A DNA stretch of 64,000 nt from Pachysolen tannophilus NRRL Y-2460 (taxonomy: Eukaryota), in the NCBI GenBank assembly GCA_001661245.1, contig KV454016.1, forward strand, positions 668,648-732,647, written 5' to 3'. Positions 1-12,400 of this stretch are shown here, one piece after another. Numbering within the stretch: position 1 is the first letter of the stretch; every line of letters starts with the position of its first letter. The notes beneath the pieces were generated by a model. That model had not been told where the DNA came from. It saw nothing but the letters and a program-made list of their open reading frames with translations, and searched no databases. The position numbers and the translations under genes were made by a program.

Positions 1-636
1 GTTTTTCTCCTTTTGTTTAAACCGTTTTTCACAAACACGAAAAAAAACTAAAAAGAAAAATAAAAAAAATTAAAAAATTTAAAAAAAAAATGAAAAAAAT
101 CATCCATACATTTTACAAATTAGGAAATACCAAAACAAAAGAGATAAAGTGAGCTGTAAAATGAATTATAAATGCGCTGGATAAGTGCACGTGTGTTAGC
201 GCTTAATGCGCAAAAGTGCGTAAAGTGCGCATTAAGCGCACTGTGCAATTCTAATTTTAAAAGCGTATCATTAAGTGCACTATTTGATGCGCTTTACTAG
301 GTAGTTGCTCAAGAGCGTATTTTTTTTTTTTTTGGTCCTTGGGGGTTCATAACCTTTTGTTCCAATACTCTTAGTTCATCTTAAACAACTATCGAATATC
401 ATTTCATTAAGGAAAGTAGACTAAAAAAGACTAAATTTAAGACTATAAAACGTTAAAAAAAATTCCTACAGTTTCAATGACGGGAACAGCATAAAAATGA
501 AAATAATAAAAAAAAAAAAAAACAAAAAGACATTTGGAAAAAAATATCCTTTAAAAGAAAAAGATTCTTAAATTTTCCTTTTGTAAATTTTTTTTTTTTT
601 TCAATTTTTATAGATCATGTCATTGTAAAAACTTAA

Positions 637-2163
637 TTATATCTTTGGGGAACCTGGATTAGTCAAGACCTTCTTTGGTCTAGTGATTGGCCACTGGTAT
701 ACATCATCGGATTCAAAAACATATCCATGTTTTTGTAAGAAAGCACTTAAATTTTTTGGACCTCTTGAACCATATGGATATTTCTCTGGGACTGGTGCAT
801 TGTCACTTTCTAAGTAATTCAATAATGGTGTGAATAATGCCCATGAAACTTCCAATTCATCACTTCTAACGAAATTAGAATGATTACTATGTAATACATC
901 CATGATTAAAGATTCATAAGCTTCTGGTAAATAAAAATCTTTATAACGATTACTATAAGTCAAATCCAATTCAGTTAAAGTAGTAGAAGTACTAACACCT
1001 GGTAATTTGGCATTAAGTTTCATATAAATTGCTTCATTTGGTTGAACTCTAATAACCAATTCATTTCTACTAATATTATGAAACATACCACTAGGAACCA
1101 GTTTAAATTGAATACGTATTTCTACTTTACCCTCATTTAAAGCTTTACCAGCTCTCAAGACAATTGGAACACCAGACCATCTTTCATTTTCAATTTCACA
1201 ACCAATGGCAGCATAAGTTACACATTTGGAATTAGGATTAACAGTTTCATCATCAACATATGCTGGTTTAGAACCATCTTCTGATTTTGTATATTGACCA
1301 ACCAAGATATCTTGATTATTTAATGGTTTAAAAGCTTTTAAAACTTTAACTTTTTCATCTCTAATATCTTCAGCATCAAAACTAACAGGTCTTTCCATAG
1401 TTAATATTGTTAAAACTTGTAACAAATGATTTTGCATAACATCACGAATTATACCAATATCATCAAAATATTGACCTCTACCTTCAGTACCAAATGGTTC
1501 TTTAAAAGAAATTTGTACTGAACTAATATGATCTTTATTCCATTGAGAATTTAAAAATTCATTACCAAATCTTAAAACTAATAAATTCTTAACCATATCT
1601 TTACCTAAATAATGGTCAATTCTAAATAATTCCTCCTCTTTCCATATTGGAGCTAATGATTGTGTCAAAGCTTTTGCAGATTCTAAATCATGACCAAATG
1701 GTTTCTCAATAACAATTCTAGCCAAACCTTTTGATTCTGGATGAACATTTTTTTTCAAATTTGTTGCAACAACAGTGAATACTGAAGGTGGTAAAGCCAA
1801 ATAAAATAATCTATGAGATTCTTTAACATTTCTTGAAGTTTCAAATTTTTCAATTTGATTTCTTAATTCAATGTATCCATCATCTTTATCATAAGGTGCA
1901 GAAACATAAGAACATAATTCTAAAAATTTTGAACATTTTTCCTTATCCAGTTCATTTGGTAATTTAAAATAACCTGATATTCTTTCTTTAAATTGAGAAT
2001 CAGATAATTTTGATCTTGCAAAACCAAAAATTTTTGTAGTTGGTGAGAGGAAACCTTCACGATATAACCCAAATAAAGCTGGGAAAGTCTTCTTCTTAGC
2101 CAAGTCCCCTGAAGCACCAAAGACAACAATAGCTGTATTTTCTTTAAATTCAACCTTTGACAT
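637..2163 (-). CDS. ZWF1: Glucose-6-phosphate dehydrogenase
   Basis: GASGDLAKKK nucleotide-binding motif, RIDHYLGK active-site peptide, EKPFG motif. Confidence 0.98.
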   Translation of the reverse strand: MSKVEFKENTAIVVFGASGDLAKKKTFPALFGLYREGFLSPTTKIFGFARSKLSDSQFKERISGYFKLPNELDKEKCSKFLELCSYVSAPYDKDDGYIELRNQIEKFETSRNVKESHRLFYLALPPSVFTVVATNLKKNVHPESKGLARIVIEKPFGHDLESAKALTQSLAPIWKEEELFRIDHYLGKDMVKNLLVLRFGNEFLNSQWNKDHISSVQISFKEPFGTEGRGQYFDDIGIIRDVMQNHLLQVLTILTMERPVSFDAEDIRDEKVKVLKAFKPLNNQDILVGQYTKSEDGSKPAYVDDETVNPNSKCVTYAAIGCEIENERWSGVPIVLRAGKALNEGKVEIRIQFKLVPSGMFHNISRNELVIRVQPNEAIYMKLNAKLPGVSTSTTLTELDLTYSNRYKDFYLPEAYESLIMDVLHSNHSNFVRSDELEVSWALFTPLLNYLESDNAPVPEKYPYGSRGPKNLSAFLQKHGYVFESDDVYQWPITRPKKVLTNPGSPKI

Positions 2164-3081
2164 GTTTTAATTATCCTCAATTGACTATTTATCCAATAAA
2201 ACTTTTTAAGAGAGAAAAAAAAAATTAAGAAAAAATTACGACCAAATATCTGAATAATATATACCAATTTTTTTTTTTATTTTTTTTCTTTAATTCTTCT
2301 CTTCTTTTACTTTCTTGAGCAATTGAAACTCGAAATTCTTTAAATGAAAAAGAAAAAAAAATTAATATTAAAAAAGTATCGATATTCTTTTTAAAAATAT
2401 AATGATCAACTTAAGATTGCTGAATTTTTGGTTGTATTAAAATGGTTTTCAAGCTTCCACTTTGTACTTTCAATGTACTCCGAAATGCAATTAGTTACTA
2501 ATAAAAATGTATAGACAGCAAAAAAAAAATCCGTTAACCTCTGCTTTCTAACAAAATGAATCAAGATTGAACAGGTTTATTCGACCGGGTTCGGAAAAAG
2601 GAAATCCTTTATAAGAAAGAGGCAAAAAAAAAAAAAAAAAAGAATCGTTAAACAGAATGCACGATAGCGGTAGTGAAGGTTATTCCTAAAAAAGAGTAAT
2701 GAGTTCGCTGGAGCGTTAAGGTGCTGAATACTCAACACTTAACACTTAACACTTAACGCTAATCGTTGATCGTTGATCGTTGAGATTTAAATTTTTCAGG
2801 AAAATTGAAATAATTAGGAAAAAAGTGGCAAATGCGCGAAATTCTGAAAGATGAAAAAAACCTTTTAAAACAAGAAAGGCCCAGACTACGGAAAAATTGG
2901 TAATTTTTCATGTTAAACGTATATGTACCGGATTAATAGGGGAATTAATGGTAATAAACAGGATCTATACTCCTGGGGTCATGTGACTTTGTTGGATTTC
3001 TTATATATTACTAATATTAATACTAATACTAATACTAATATTATTACTATATATATATATACAAAAAAGGGAGAATAATAT

Positions 3082-4800
3082 TTACCATTTTGAACCTAGG
3101 GATAGGGCAGCAGCAGCAGGGTTGTTTTCCTGTTCTATGTGACGGAACTTTGTCCTTAATAACCTATTCGTGTCGACATTAAAAGTATTACAAAATTCCG
3201 TTATCCAAGAGTTTAGGTCATTAGTGTAACCACTTCTTGTAAAAGGTATGGAGTAATAGACATCTTCTATTTTTTTGAGCCAATTCTTTTGAAGTAATTT
3301 ACTATTGCTGATACTCTGTTCATATGCTGGTGGGGAGATTTGTCCTCCTCCGTTGATGCATCCTCCTGGACATGCCATAATCTCAACAAAGTCAACGCGA
3401 GAAGCATCTGCTACTTCTTTCGGAGAAGCCTCTTGTTCTTCATGACTAGTGGTATTATTATTATTGTTATTATTAATATTATTTTTCTTCTTGGCAGCTT
3501 CTCTCAGCCTACGCTTGGCAGCTAATCCGCTACCACCTGAACTCAGTTTGATACTTGAATTTACAGTTTTCAATTTTCGAACCAAGTTTTGAATGTTTCT
3601 AAAACCGTTCAATATGGCACTTGATGCAATAGTTTCATTTTTGATAATGTTAACTAACCTTAACTCTGAAATATCACTATTTCTACCCTCAAGATATTGG
3701 ATATCCAAAACTTCTTCGTTTGCTAAATGATTGTCAATTAAATATTGTTTAAAGTTTAATAAATATTGTAAGGCATAACCTCCAGAAGCTGAACCTTCAT
3801 CGCTTAACCAACTATCAATTGGTGATGGCCAAAAATTTGGTGCAAATTTGTTATATAAATAGTTTAAATCTGAATTCTCATTGGCATTATCAGTTTTAAC
3901 TTCATTAATTAATTCTTCAATGTTAAAATTTTCATCAATTAATAATTGAATTAATTCTTTTGCAGTAATGACACAATCTACATCTTTACTTTCTTCAATT
4001 ATTACCTCATCCGTCTCAAAATCTTTCTCTGGTCTTGCAGCTTCCAATTTCTTATCAAAACAAGGCATGATAGATAAATGATATATTTGTGATTCTGCAA
4101 TATTTAAAGACAGAGATGATAATTTTTTCAACAATAAACCAGTTATCTGTTGAGGTGATTTTATAGTATTTATTCTTGGTAATAACTCTGGATGTGTCTT
4201 TTCTGCATACAAGACAAATCCAGGACATGCACTTGATAACAATGGGAACGCAATATCCTGTTGACCCTGTTGACCCTGTTGTTGTAATTTTAATTTTATT
4301 ATTTCATTTGATCCATATGTTAAAGATAATTTTCTTCCTAAACCCATACCGACAATATAACTAAAACCTAATTTATTTATAAATAAATTTATTAAAAATT
4401 TATCAGCTTCTGCAATACTCATATTATAAGCACCAGCTATTGAAGATCTAACCTGATGACTTATACTAGCAACAAATTTTTTATCTGGATTTTTCTGTAA
4501 CGCATTAATCAACTCTTTATAAGAATGCTGAGAAACCAAAACTTCTTCAGCAGATGTAATACATCCCGAGCACGCCAAACAGTCTGATAATGAAATCTGG
4601 GCAGGCTCCAAACTTGATACAGTACCTTCTTCTTTGGAAACTTCTAAAGGCGTTCCATCTATCCCAATTTGTATCTCATATTCGTCTTGATTTTCGTTAG
4701 GTTTGCTCTTCAGATGGTTCTTAACTTCAACTGGCTTAATACAAGCAACACCTGGTGATATAAAATCGTTGAGATCATCAGCAGATAATATCGCACTCAT
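3082..4800 (-). CDS. NAR1: Cytosolic Fe-S assembly factor, iron-only hydrogenase-like
   Basis: MSAILSADDLNDFISPGVACIKP N-terminus, SDCLACSGCITSAE, MPCFDKKLEA, MACPGGCINGGG; neighbours ZWF1 as in S. cerevisiae. Confidence 0.97.
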   Translation of the reverse strand: MSAILSADDLNDFISPGVACIKPVEVKNHLKSKPNENQDEYEIQIGIDGTPLEVSKEEGTVSSLEPAQISLSDCLACSGCITSAEEVLVSQHSYKELINALQKNPDKKFVASISHQVRSSIAGAYNMSIAEADKFLINLFINKLGFSYIVGMGLGRKLSLTYGSNEIIKLKLQQQGQQGQQDIAFPLLSSACPGFVLYAEKTHPELLPRINTIKSPQQITGLLLKKLSSLSLNIAESQIYHLSIMPCFDKKLEAARPEKDFETDEVIIEESKDVDCVITAKELIQLLIDENFNIEELINEVKTDNANENSDLNYLYNKFAPNFWPSPIDSWLSDEGSASGGYALQYLLNFKQYLIDNHLANEEVLDIQYLEGRNSDISELRLVNIIKNETIASSAILNGFRNIQNLVRKLKTVNSSIKLSSGGSGLAAKRRLREAAKKKNNINNNNNNNTTSHEEQEASPKEVADASRVDFVEIMACPGGCINGGGQISPPAYEQSISNSKLLQKNWLKKIEDVYYSIPFTRSGYTNDLNSWITEFCNTFNVDTNRLLRTKFRHIEQENNPAAAALSLGSKW

Positions 4801-5546
4801 TTTGCTGATTTATAGTCTCTGGATCGATTTATTCGATTAAATATAAAATATATATAAATATATATTTATATGGATAAGAAGATAAAAAAGAAAAAAAAAA
4901 GAAAAAAAAAAAAAAGAAAAAAATAGAAATTTACAAGTAGTGCGAAAATTATCAATTTTATCCAAAAGACCAATCAAATTCGCCCTCAAAGTCATCTTAC
5001 AGTTAGTTATCTTAAATCAACATAAAACAAGTGAAAAATCATAAAGAAATTGTTTGAATCAAACACTTGATACCAAAGAGTTTAGCTGATTAAAAAGAAA
5101 TAGAAATAATTCTTGTTTTTTTTTCAAGTATTGGAAAAAAAAATTATTTCGTTAGTATTATGTTATCGTAGTTTATACTTTAGAGATGGTATAGATAAGA
5201 TTATGTCCTTAATTTTTTTGTTTTTTTCCCATAATCTGTAATATTGAGCCGCGCATGAGGGGTCCTTAATGCAAACATCTACAAGATGGTAGAGTTAATA
5301 ACACTTATTAGCATATTTATACAATGCAAACACAACTACACAACTCTATAATTCATACGTTGTATCCAGTGAAGGGTTCAAGTATTTTTTTTTTCTTTTT
5401 TATTTTTATTGAATATAAAACTAATGTAAAATGAGATATAAAAAAAAAAAAAAAAAATTTCTCTCCTAAATAATTAAAAAAAGTAGCCACAAAGAAAAGT
5501 TTTTTTTTCAAAAATTTACTTTTAAATAAAAGTTAGGTTCATTCAT

Positions 5547-5921
5547 TTATATTGGACCTTCATAATATCTGTCAGTACAATCTTCCAATAATGGTTCAAC
5601 TCTTTCAGCCCAATTTTTTTTCTTGTAGTTTTGAGCACAACCGTCAGCTCTACATTTATTCAATTTATAGTGGAAATGAGATGAACAAATGCATTCTAAA
5701 CCAGTTTTTTTGCAACCGTTTGCAAACAATACGGTCTCAGTACACTCTTTATCACACCAGAAACCTGGCCATTTATCTTGTTGCTCCTCATCGCTTGAAT
5801 CTGAGGAAGAGGAAGAAGAGTACGAGGCAACACCGGTATCGTTAACAGGTACTGCTAATGCAAAATTGGAAAAAGCCGATGAAGATGCAGCCAGTAAAAT
5901 TAAAACAGAAGAGAACTTCAT
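5547..5921 (-). CDS. Small secreted CFEM-domain protein
   Basis: ATG at 5921 starts a signal peptide (MKFSSVLIL...), then a Ser/acidic linker, then 8 Cys spaced C-x3-C-x9-C-x6-C-x-C-x10-C-x4-C-x19-C, matching CFEM spacing. Confidence 0.75.
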   Translation of the reverse strand: MKFSSVLILLAASSSAFSNFALAVPVNDTGVASYSSSSSSDSSDEEQQDKWPGFWCDKECTETVLFANGCKKTGLECICSSHFHYKLNKCRADGCAQNYKKKNWAERVEPLLEDCTDRYYEGPI

Positions 5922-6664
5922 TTTTTTTTCTTTTTTCTTTTTATTTGTCTTTAGCAATATATCAACTGGTTAAGCTTTGGATAGCAAACTTGTCTGGCAA
6001 TTTTGAAAGGAAAAAAAAAAAAAGAAAAAGAAGAAAATATAAAAGGGGGTAATTTTTAAGATGCACCCTCTTTTATACCTTTTTTTTTCCCTTAAATTGT
6101 ATGCTGTTTCACGGACATAAACAAAAACGCACTTTTATACTTTTAGATGTACATTATTATCATTACCAATTTTTGAAGTAAGAATAAATCATACTTTATA
6201 TCAATTGTTCCAGTTTCTTTTTTAAAAAGACAAGATACGATTCTTTTTTCATGTTTTAAAACAATATTTCCATTATTATTCTATTTAGTATTACAAAATT
6301 AAAAAAAAAATTGCAATAAAAAATTTTTAAAAAGCAAAAATCATAAAAAAAAGATACGAATAGCCCCACAACTGATCACACTAACACACGCCCATTTAAA
6401 TAAAAGAAATATTAATCATCTGAATAATAATATAAACACAATTGAATAAAAAAAAAAAGATCAATTTCAAAACAAAGCAAAATCACTGAAAAAGAAAGAA
6501 AGAAAAAAAAAAATAATAAAAAAAGGAAATAATTTGCTTTCAATAAAATATGTTCCGCTTAATAAATACCGGTAAAAAAAAAAAAAAAGGATGAAAAGTA
6601 AAACTATACCTAGATGAAAGAAAGGCACAGAGAATTATAATTTTTTTTTTTTTTTTTAACTTGT

Positions 6665-7624
6665 CTAAGCAGAGGCCGTAACAGTTGAGTTAGTTCCATT
6701 TAAAGCCGCACTTGCTCCTCTTACTAAGCCATCGGCTTTATTTTCAGCTGCATCAGCAACATTGGAAGTTTGGCTTTGAGCAGAACCTCTAAGAGCACCA
6801 ACTCTTGAAATAACTGGTTCAACCATTGGTCTTAAACTAGACAATGCTTCATTAGACAATTTTCTAGATGTTTCAACAAATGCTTTTGATTGAGAATTTT
6901 GTGAGTTGGATAGTTCATCTTTGTATACTGTAGAAATATGAACTGATACATGAGAAGGAATATGCAAGAATGATCCAGCGGCTGATGACACTTTTGGTTT
7001 AGCTCTTTCATATATTGTTGAAGTTAAAAAATACAATTTTTCAATTTCATCCTTGTCTTCAACAATTGCTGATTCATTATTAATGACATTACTTGTTTCT
7101 TCTGCAACTTTTTCAGCACCATCTGCTGCAAAATATGTATCTCTTACGGATTCAAGTCTTTTGTTAATTGGAGCAAAAATGAACCCTAATCTTGAAGCCA
7201 CAGCAAGCCTTACCGAAGAGCTAACTGAATTAATTCTCTTGACAATAGAGTTAACTCCATCATGGTATCTTTTAGAAAATGCTGATCTAACAGATTTAAC
7301 AATGTTTGAAGGTCTTAAGGCTTCAATCAATTCACTCAAGGTAATCTTTGTGATATATGGATAAAATTTATCCAAATTTGTTAAAACCTGCTCATCAAAT
7401 ACCGAATCAACATATTTAATAGCATTTTTCAATGGCGTCACGTACGCAACATACGTAGCAACATATTTAACCAATAAGCTCAAGTAATTAAAGATAAAGC
7501 TAATAGCAGCAATTGAAGACAAGTAAGCAACAATGTCATGAACAAGCGGGTAAGCTGATAAATGTGACAAGGATGGTGAAGCATCAATAAATGATACTGC
7601 TTTTTCAATATTACTTTCCGACAT
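6665..7624 (-). CDS. Perilipin-like lipid droplet protein (Pet10/Pln1/Sps4/Cap20 family)
   Basis: N-terminal SLSHLSAYPLVHD motif and amphipathic helical body typical of fungal perilipins. Confidence 0.7.
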   Translation of the reverse strand: MSESNIEKAVSFIDASPSLSHLSAYPLVHDIVAYLSSIAAISFIFNYLSLLVKYVATYVAYVTPLKNAIKYVDSVFDEQVLTNLDKFYPYITKITLSELIEALRPSNIVKSVRSAFSKRYHDGVNSIVKRINSVSSSVRLAVASRLGFIFAPINKRLESVRDTYFAADGAEKVAEETSNVINNESAIVEDKDEIEKLYFLTSTIYERAKPKVSSAAGSFLHIPSHVSVHISTVYKDELSNSQNSQSKAFVETSRKLSNEALSSLRPMVEPVISRVGALRGSAQSQTSNVADAAENKADGLVRGASAALNGTNSTVTASA

Positions 7625-8159
7625 CTTATCAAAATAAAAATGAAATTATAATTTATTCAATTGATTCTCAATTGGTACCAAAATATGAAATATTTGAAAA
7701 AAAAAAAAATAAAAACAAAGAAATGGGAGAGCTGGGTTTGTTCTAACTTTTATCTCTTAATTAATTAAACTAAGTTTTTTTTTTTTTTTCTTCTTTTTTT
7801 TGCCTTTTGGTTACCTCTATTAAAACAAAGAAAAAAGAAAAAAAATAAAAATGGAAAAGAAAAGTTATTTAAATTTGCAAATTAATACACAGATGAAAAC
7901 TGATTAGACAATTAATTATTTTAATAAGCGCTTTAATGATAATGAAATTTAATTAAAAGATAAGATTAAAAAAGTGGCACAGAAATAAAAAAATGCATTT
8001 TTTATCTTTTTTATAGCTTTCTTTGCTTGCTCAAAAGAGGAAGAAAAATATTTTGAAAAACATGTGAAAATCTACAGATAACCGCATCGAGACATTTTGT
8101 AATATTGGCCACTACCAGAGTGCAAGACGAAGACTAGGAACAAGACTAGGAAAAGTCAG

Positions 8160-9116
8160 TCAGTCTCTATATAGTACTATTTCACTTTGTTTGAAATACC
8201 TTCTAGCGTCTTCATCTATTAAGACCAAGCTTAAAAAGGTTCTTGTAGAGAATTTCTTGTTGACGTCGCGATAAGTTGGGGTTAAGTCGAACCCTCCAAG
8301 AAATAATCTGATTGGTATTGTTTCACCTTTAACAGGGGCGCCGTCCATTATTTCAAACCTTACAACTGTTTCGCTATCGGATAATTGATTTGGAGGACTT
8401 CCCACGGTTTCTCTTCTAATTAAGGATAGCTCCATATGCTTTATCTTGAGTCTTACTAGTAGGAAATAAATTCTGCCAACTATAACATCTTTTAGCGAAT
8501 ATTTACTTTTAGAATATTCGAATTCTATATGAAGACAGTCTTCGATACCAACATCCATTTTCACCGTCTGGTTGTTACTGACAAGACTACTACTTCCATT
8601 GCCACTTGTAGAGCCATTCGTCGAAGCTTCTCCATTTTCTTGGGAGGCTATCTGATTATGCTGATATACCCACAATTCTTTTTCTCTCAAGATATCTGTA
8701 CTTTTCCTATTAACTGTCACCTTAACATAATATCTCAACCGAACATTTGTCCCTCTATAACTTTCAAACTGTTTTTCTACATTTCTGAATTCAAACAGAA
8801 AAGTTTCAGAATGTCTTAAATCCCCAGGTGATACCAATTCAGTGGTCAAGGTTAAAAATTCATCATTCTTAATACTATCCAGTGTTGTCTCTATAGCACC
8901 TAATAACTGAACTTTGATTCCCTGATGTTCAATCCTCTTATTATCAATAACTCTTACTGTAACTTGCCCCCGAACAGTTTCCCCATCTTCATATAACGGT
9001 AACTTTTCTTTTCTACCTTTTGAATTCTTAACTTCAACATGCTCTCTTACATCTTCATTATCCAATCTAATCTCAATATCCAATGGGGCTTTCCAAAAAA
9101 TGGACGACATCGCCAT
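8160..9116 (-). CDS. PEP8: Retromer subunit Vps26
   Basis: VKMDVGIEDCLHIEFEYSK, EIMDGAPVKGETIPIRLFL, RRYFKQSEI motifs. Confidence 0.97.
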   Translation of the reverse strand: MAMSSIFWKAPLDIEIRLDNEDVREHVEVKNSKGRKEKLPLYEDGETVRGQVTVRVIDNKRIEHQGIKVQLLGAIETTLDSIKNDEFLTLTTELVSPGDLRHSETFLFEFRNVEKQFESYRGTNVRLRYYVKVTVNRKSTDILREKELWVYQHNQIASQENGEASTNGSTSGNGSSSLVSNNQTVKMDVGIEDCLHIEFEYSKSKYSLKDVIVGRIYFLLVRLKIKHMELSLIRRETVGSPPNQLSDSETVVRFEIMDGAPVKGETIPIRLFLGGFDLTPTYRDVNKKFSTRTFLSLVLIDEDARRYFKQSEIVLYRD

Positions 9117-9173
9117 TAAAAAGTCCTAAATTACCTCCACTTATTAAAATAGATAAAAGCTTACTTGCTATAA

Positions 9174-9212
<39 letters not shown>

Positions 9213-9459
9213 ATATAGATATTATTTAATATTGTAATTAAAACCTATTTCTTCAACAGGTCGGTCATAAAAAGCTAATAGTTCAACAGGATTCAGTAGT
9301 GTGAAAACCAAAATACTTACGCTAGTATTACAAAAGCCTATATAACATTAATGAAGAATCAAAAAGAAAATATATATATATATAAAAACATAAAGGTAAT
9401 CCTGAGACACCGTATTCGAAGTAAAATAAAATAATACACAGCTGTTTTTCTGTTATTCG

Positions 9460-12400
9460 TCAGTTTTCTTGATTTAAAGTATTCAAACCAAACAAGAACT
9501 CAATTTCTCTTCTACCCAATCTTGAAATATTAGCAAATCCTTCTTTATCCAATGCAGAGTTAACAATGGTCCTCTTCTTTTCTTGTAACTCTTGAATTCT
9601 GTCTTCAACAGTTCCCTTGATTAGCAATCTATGGATGAATACCTCTCTCTGTTGTCCAATCCTATGTGCCCTGTCCATGGCCTGTTCTTCCACATAAGGA
9701 TTCCAAAAAGGATCCATGATAATGACATGATTTGCGCACGTCAAAGTTAAACCTACATTACCTGCTTTTAAAGATAAAAGCAATACTCTTTTCTCTGTTG
9801 TACTGTAAAACTTTCCAATAACATGGTTTCTTTGATCAGCAGTCATGGATCCATCATATCTTAGCCACTGTATATTCTCTTTATCCAACACAATTTGCAT
9901 CACATCAAACAATAAAGTAAATTGACTAAATATAAGAATTTTTTCATTTGGATCTTTCAGTAAAATTTCCTTGATTAACTTAATTACCATATCTATCTTA
10001 GCACTTGATTTAAATTCACCTCCTTCTTCTTCTATTAACCTAATTATTTTCTTTTTCTTATCAGTTAATTTCCCAGTAACTTCACTGCTTTCATAGGAGT
10101 TTTCTAAATCAATATCTGAAAGATGTTGATTTTGAACTTTATCAAAAATATCAAAAGGTATAACCTTTGATTCAAGACATTCTGCTCGACAATGTAAACA
10201 TTTTGCTATTCTTCCACCATTATTGGTTTCCTTATCTTGAAATCGTTCAAAAAATGAATCTACACATTCATTACAAATTAAATGGCCACAAGGCGTTAAA
10301 ATGGAAATATTTTCAGATGATGGTGAATCAAAGCAAATAGGACAAGCAAACCCATTACCAATATTGGTGTTGACTCTTCTGACAGTATCAGAATTAAAGG
10401 TTCTAGCGATTGCAGTCTTGCTCTTCCAGTTATTAACAATATTCCTTCTATCACCAATTTTTACCAAATAATTATGACAACAAGCCTGCCTCAACCTTAG
10501 TAATAAAGTTAACATACTACTATAATTTCCAACAGAACCTTTAGAATTTAACATTTTTTCAGCTCTTTGTTTCGAAGAAGTTTCTAATGAAAAATAAAAA
10601 TCATTTTCATATTCATACATATCAACATGATCAATAACAATACTACGTGGTGGTAATTTTAAAATAGGTTGACCATCAATTTCCATATCTTTGGTTCTTC
10701 TCAATAGTATAGCTTTTAAAAGTGCTTGTAATTTTTTCATAGCACGACTTGTATCAAACTCATCATACTTGTCAGTATTCTGTTGTCTAATTGGAAGAAA
10801 AATATCACTTCTAAATTTTTGTTCATCGTTATAGGGCTTGATTTGTAAAAATCTAATCAAAGAATATAATTCATCAATACTATTTTGCATGGGAGTACCA
10901 GACAAGCACCACCTATATTTGGCCTTTAATAAAGCAACTGCCTTCGAGCTCTGAGTCAGTTTGTTTTTAACCCATTGTGCTTCATCAAGAATAGCACGAT
11001 AAAAAACAGCATCTTTTGTAAAAAATGGACTTTCGTACTCTTGGCCTCCACTGTTTGGGTGTGGTAAAACTGTAGATTTCTTAGCCAACTTTGCTTGCTC
11101 AATTGCAAGTTTAAAATGTTTTTTCATTTCTGATGCCAAAGTACCATAAGAAACCAAGACGAAATCATATTTTTTCAAATGCTTGAAAGAAGGTAATTTG
11201 TCTTTGTGATAAATGAAAACTTTGATTGGTGTTTTGATTTTAGACAAGAGTTCTGCTTGCCATTGTTGTAAAAGGGCAATTGGAGCAACTATGAGATTTG
11301 TTTTCAAATTTGGATCCAGAGAAGTATGAGCAAGCATCAAGGAAATTGTTTGAACAGTTTTCCCTAAACCCATATCATCTGCTAAGATACCACCCTTTTT
11401 CACAGATTCTTCCATATCTATAAGCCAAGAAAGACCAATTTTCTGATGTTTTAACAAAGTTACAGTTAAATCTTTAGGCATATCTTTAATATCCTTTTCG
11501 TAATGTTCATCGGGTTTGATTGTGTTTAACAATTGTTGAAGGTTGGATGAGTCATCCGTCATAGTATATACATTCTGAGCATATCCAGTATGTCCATTCT
11601 GTACTTGCTGGTTCATTATTGCATTTTGATACCTTTGCTCGTAATCATTAATATCATTACGATTGTGATTGTGATTGTGATTGTGATTGTGATTGTGATT
11701 GTGTAAAGAAGTTCGAGAGGCCACCATACTACTAAAAGTTAGAAATTTATTTTTTGCTTCCTGAGCCCTAATTTCTAATTCATTGAGTTTAACCTTGTTA
11801 ATTTTCTGATATCTCTCAAGATTGATAAGATGTGATCTTTTAACTTCACGAACTCTATTTATTGTTGGGTCGTTTCCTAAAAGGACTTCCAAAGCCCTCA
11901 TGATTGCTTCTATTTGCCTATCTGCAGAGGTAATATTTTGTCTCAAGTCAATAGCTTTTGATTCCCATGAGTTATATTCTCTCCTCAATCTTTCCTTTTC
12001 TATATATTCATTTCTTAAATTTTCATTATCTGTGGTAGTATTTATGTTCAGTGTTGTTGAAGAAGTTCCAACTCCATCATTAGGATATGAAAAACTACTC
12101 ATGACTTGATCAAAATAAGAGGGCATTCCAGAAGTTCCATTATTGGAATCATATGGAGGTCGCTGAAACTGTTGAGGATACTGCTGTTCTTGAGTAGGTT
12201 TGCTTAAAATTTTCCAACCTGTAATTTCAATATCATCATCACTTTCATCGGAAGTATCTGCTAATGAAATTGAAGTGGGCCCATTATTATTATTATTTGT
12301 AATGTTATACGTATCATTATTATCAGCAACAGTATTATTATTTGGCTGATATTCAAAACCATAAACTTCTGAATCATCTTCATTCGTCAAATCTATTAAA

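Noticed and set aside
199..239. CRISPR array or transposon terminal inverted repeat interpretation of the palindromes
   Set aside because: Eukaryotic DNA, no repeat-spacer periodicity, and no transposase or target-site duplication seen
5370..5390. GGTTCAA B-box-like sequences (also near 49290) as tRNA genes
   Set aside because: No A-box or cloverleaf can be built
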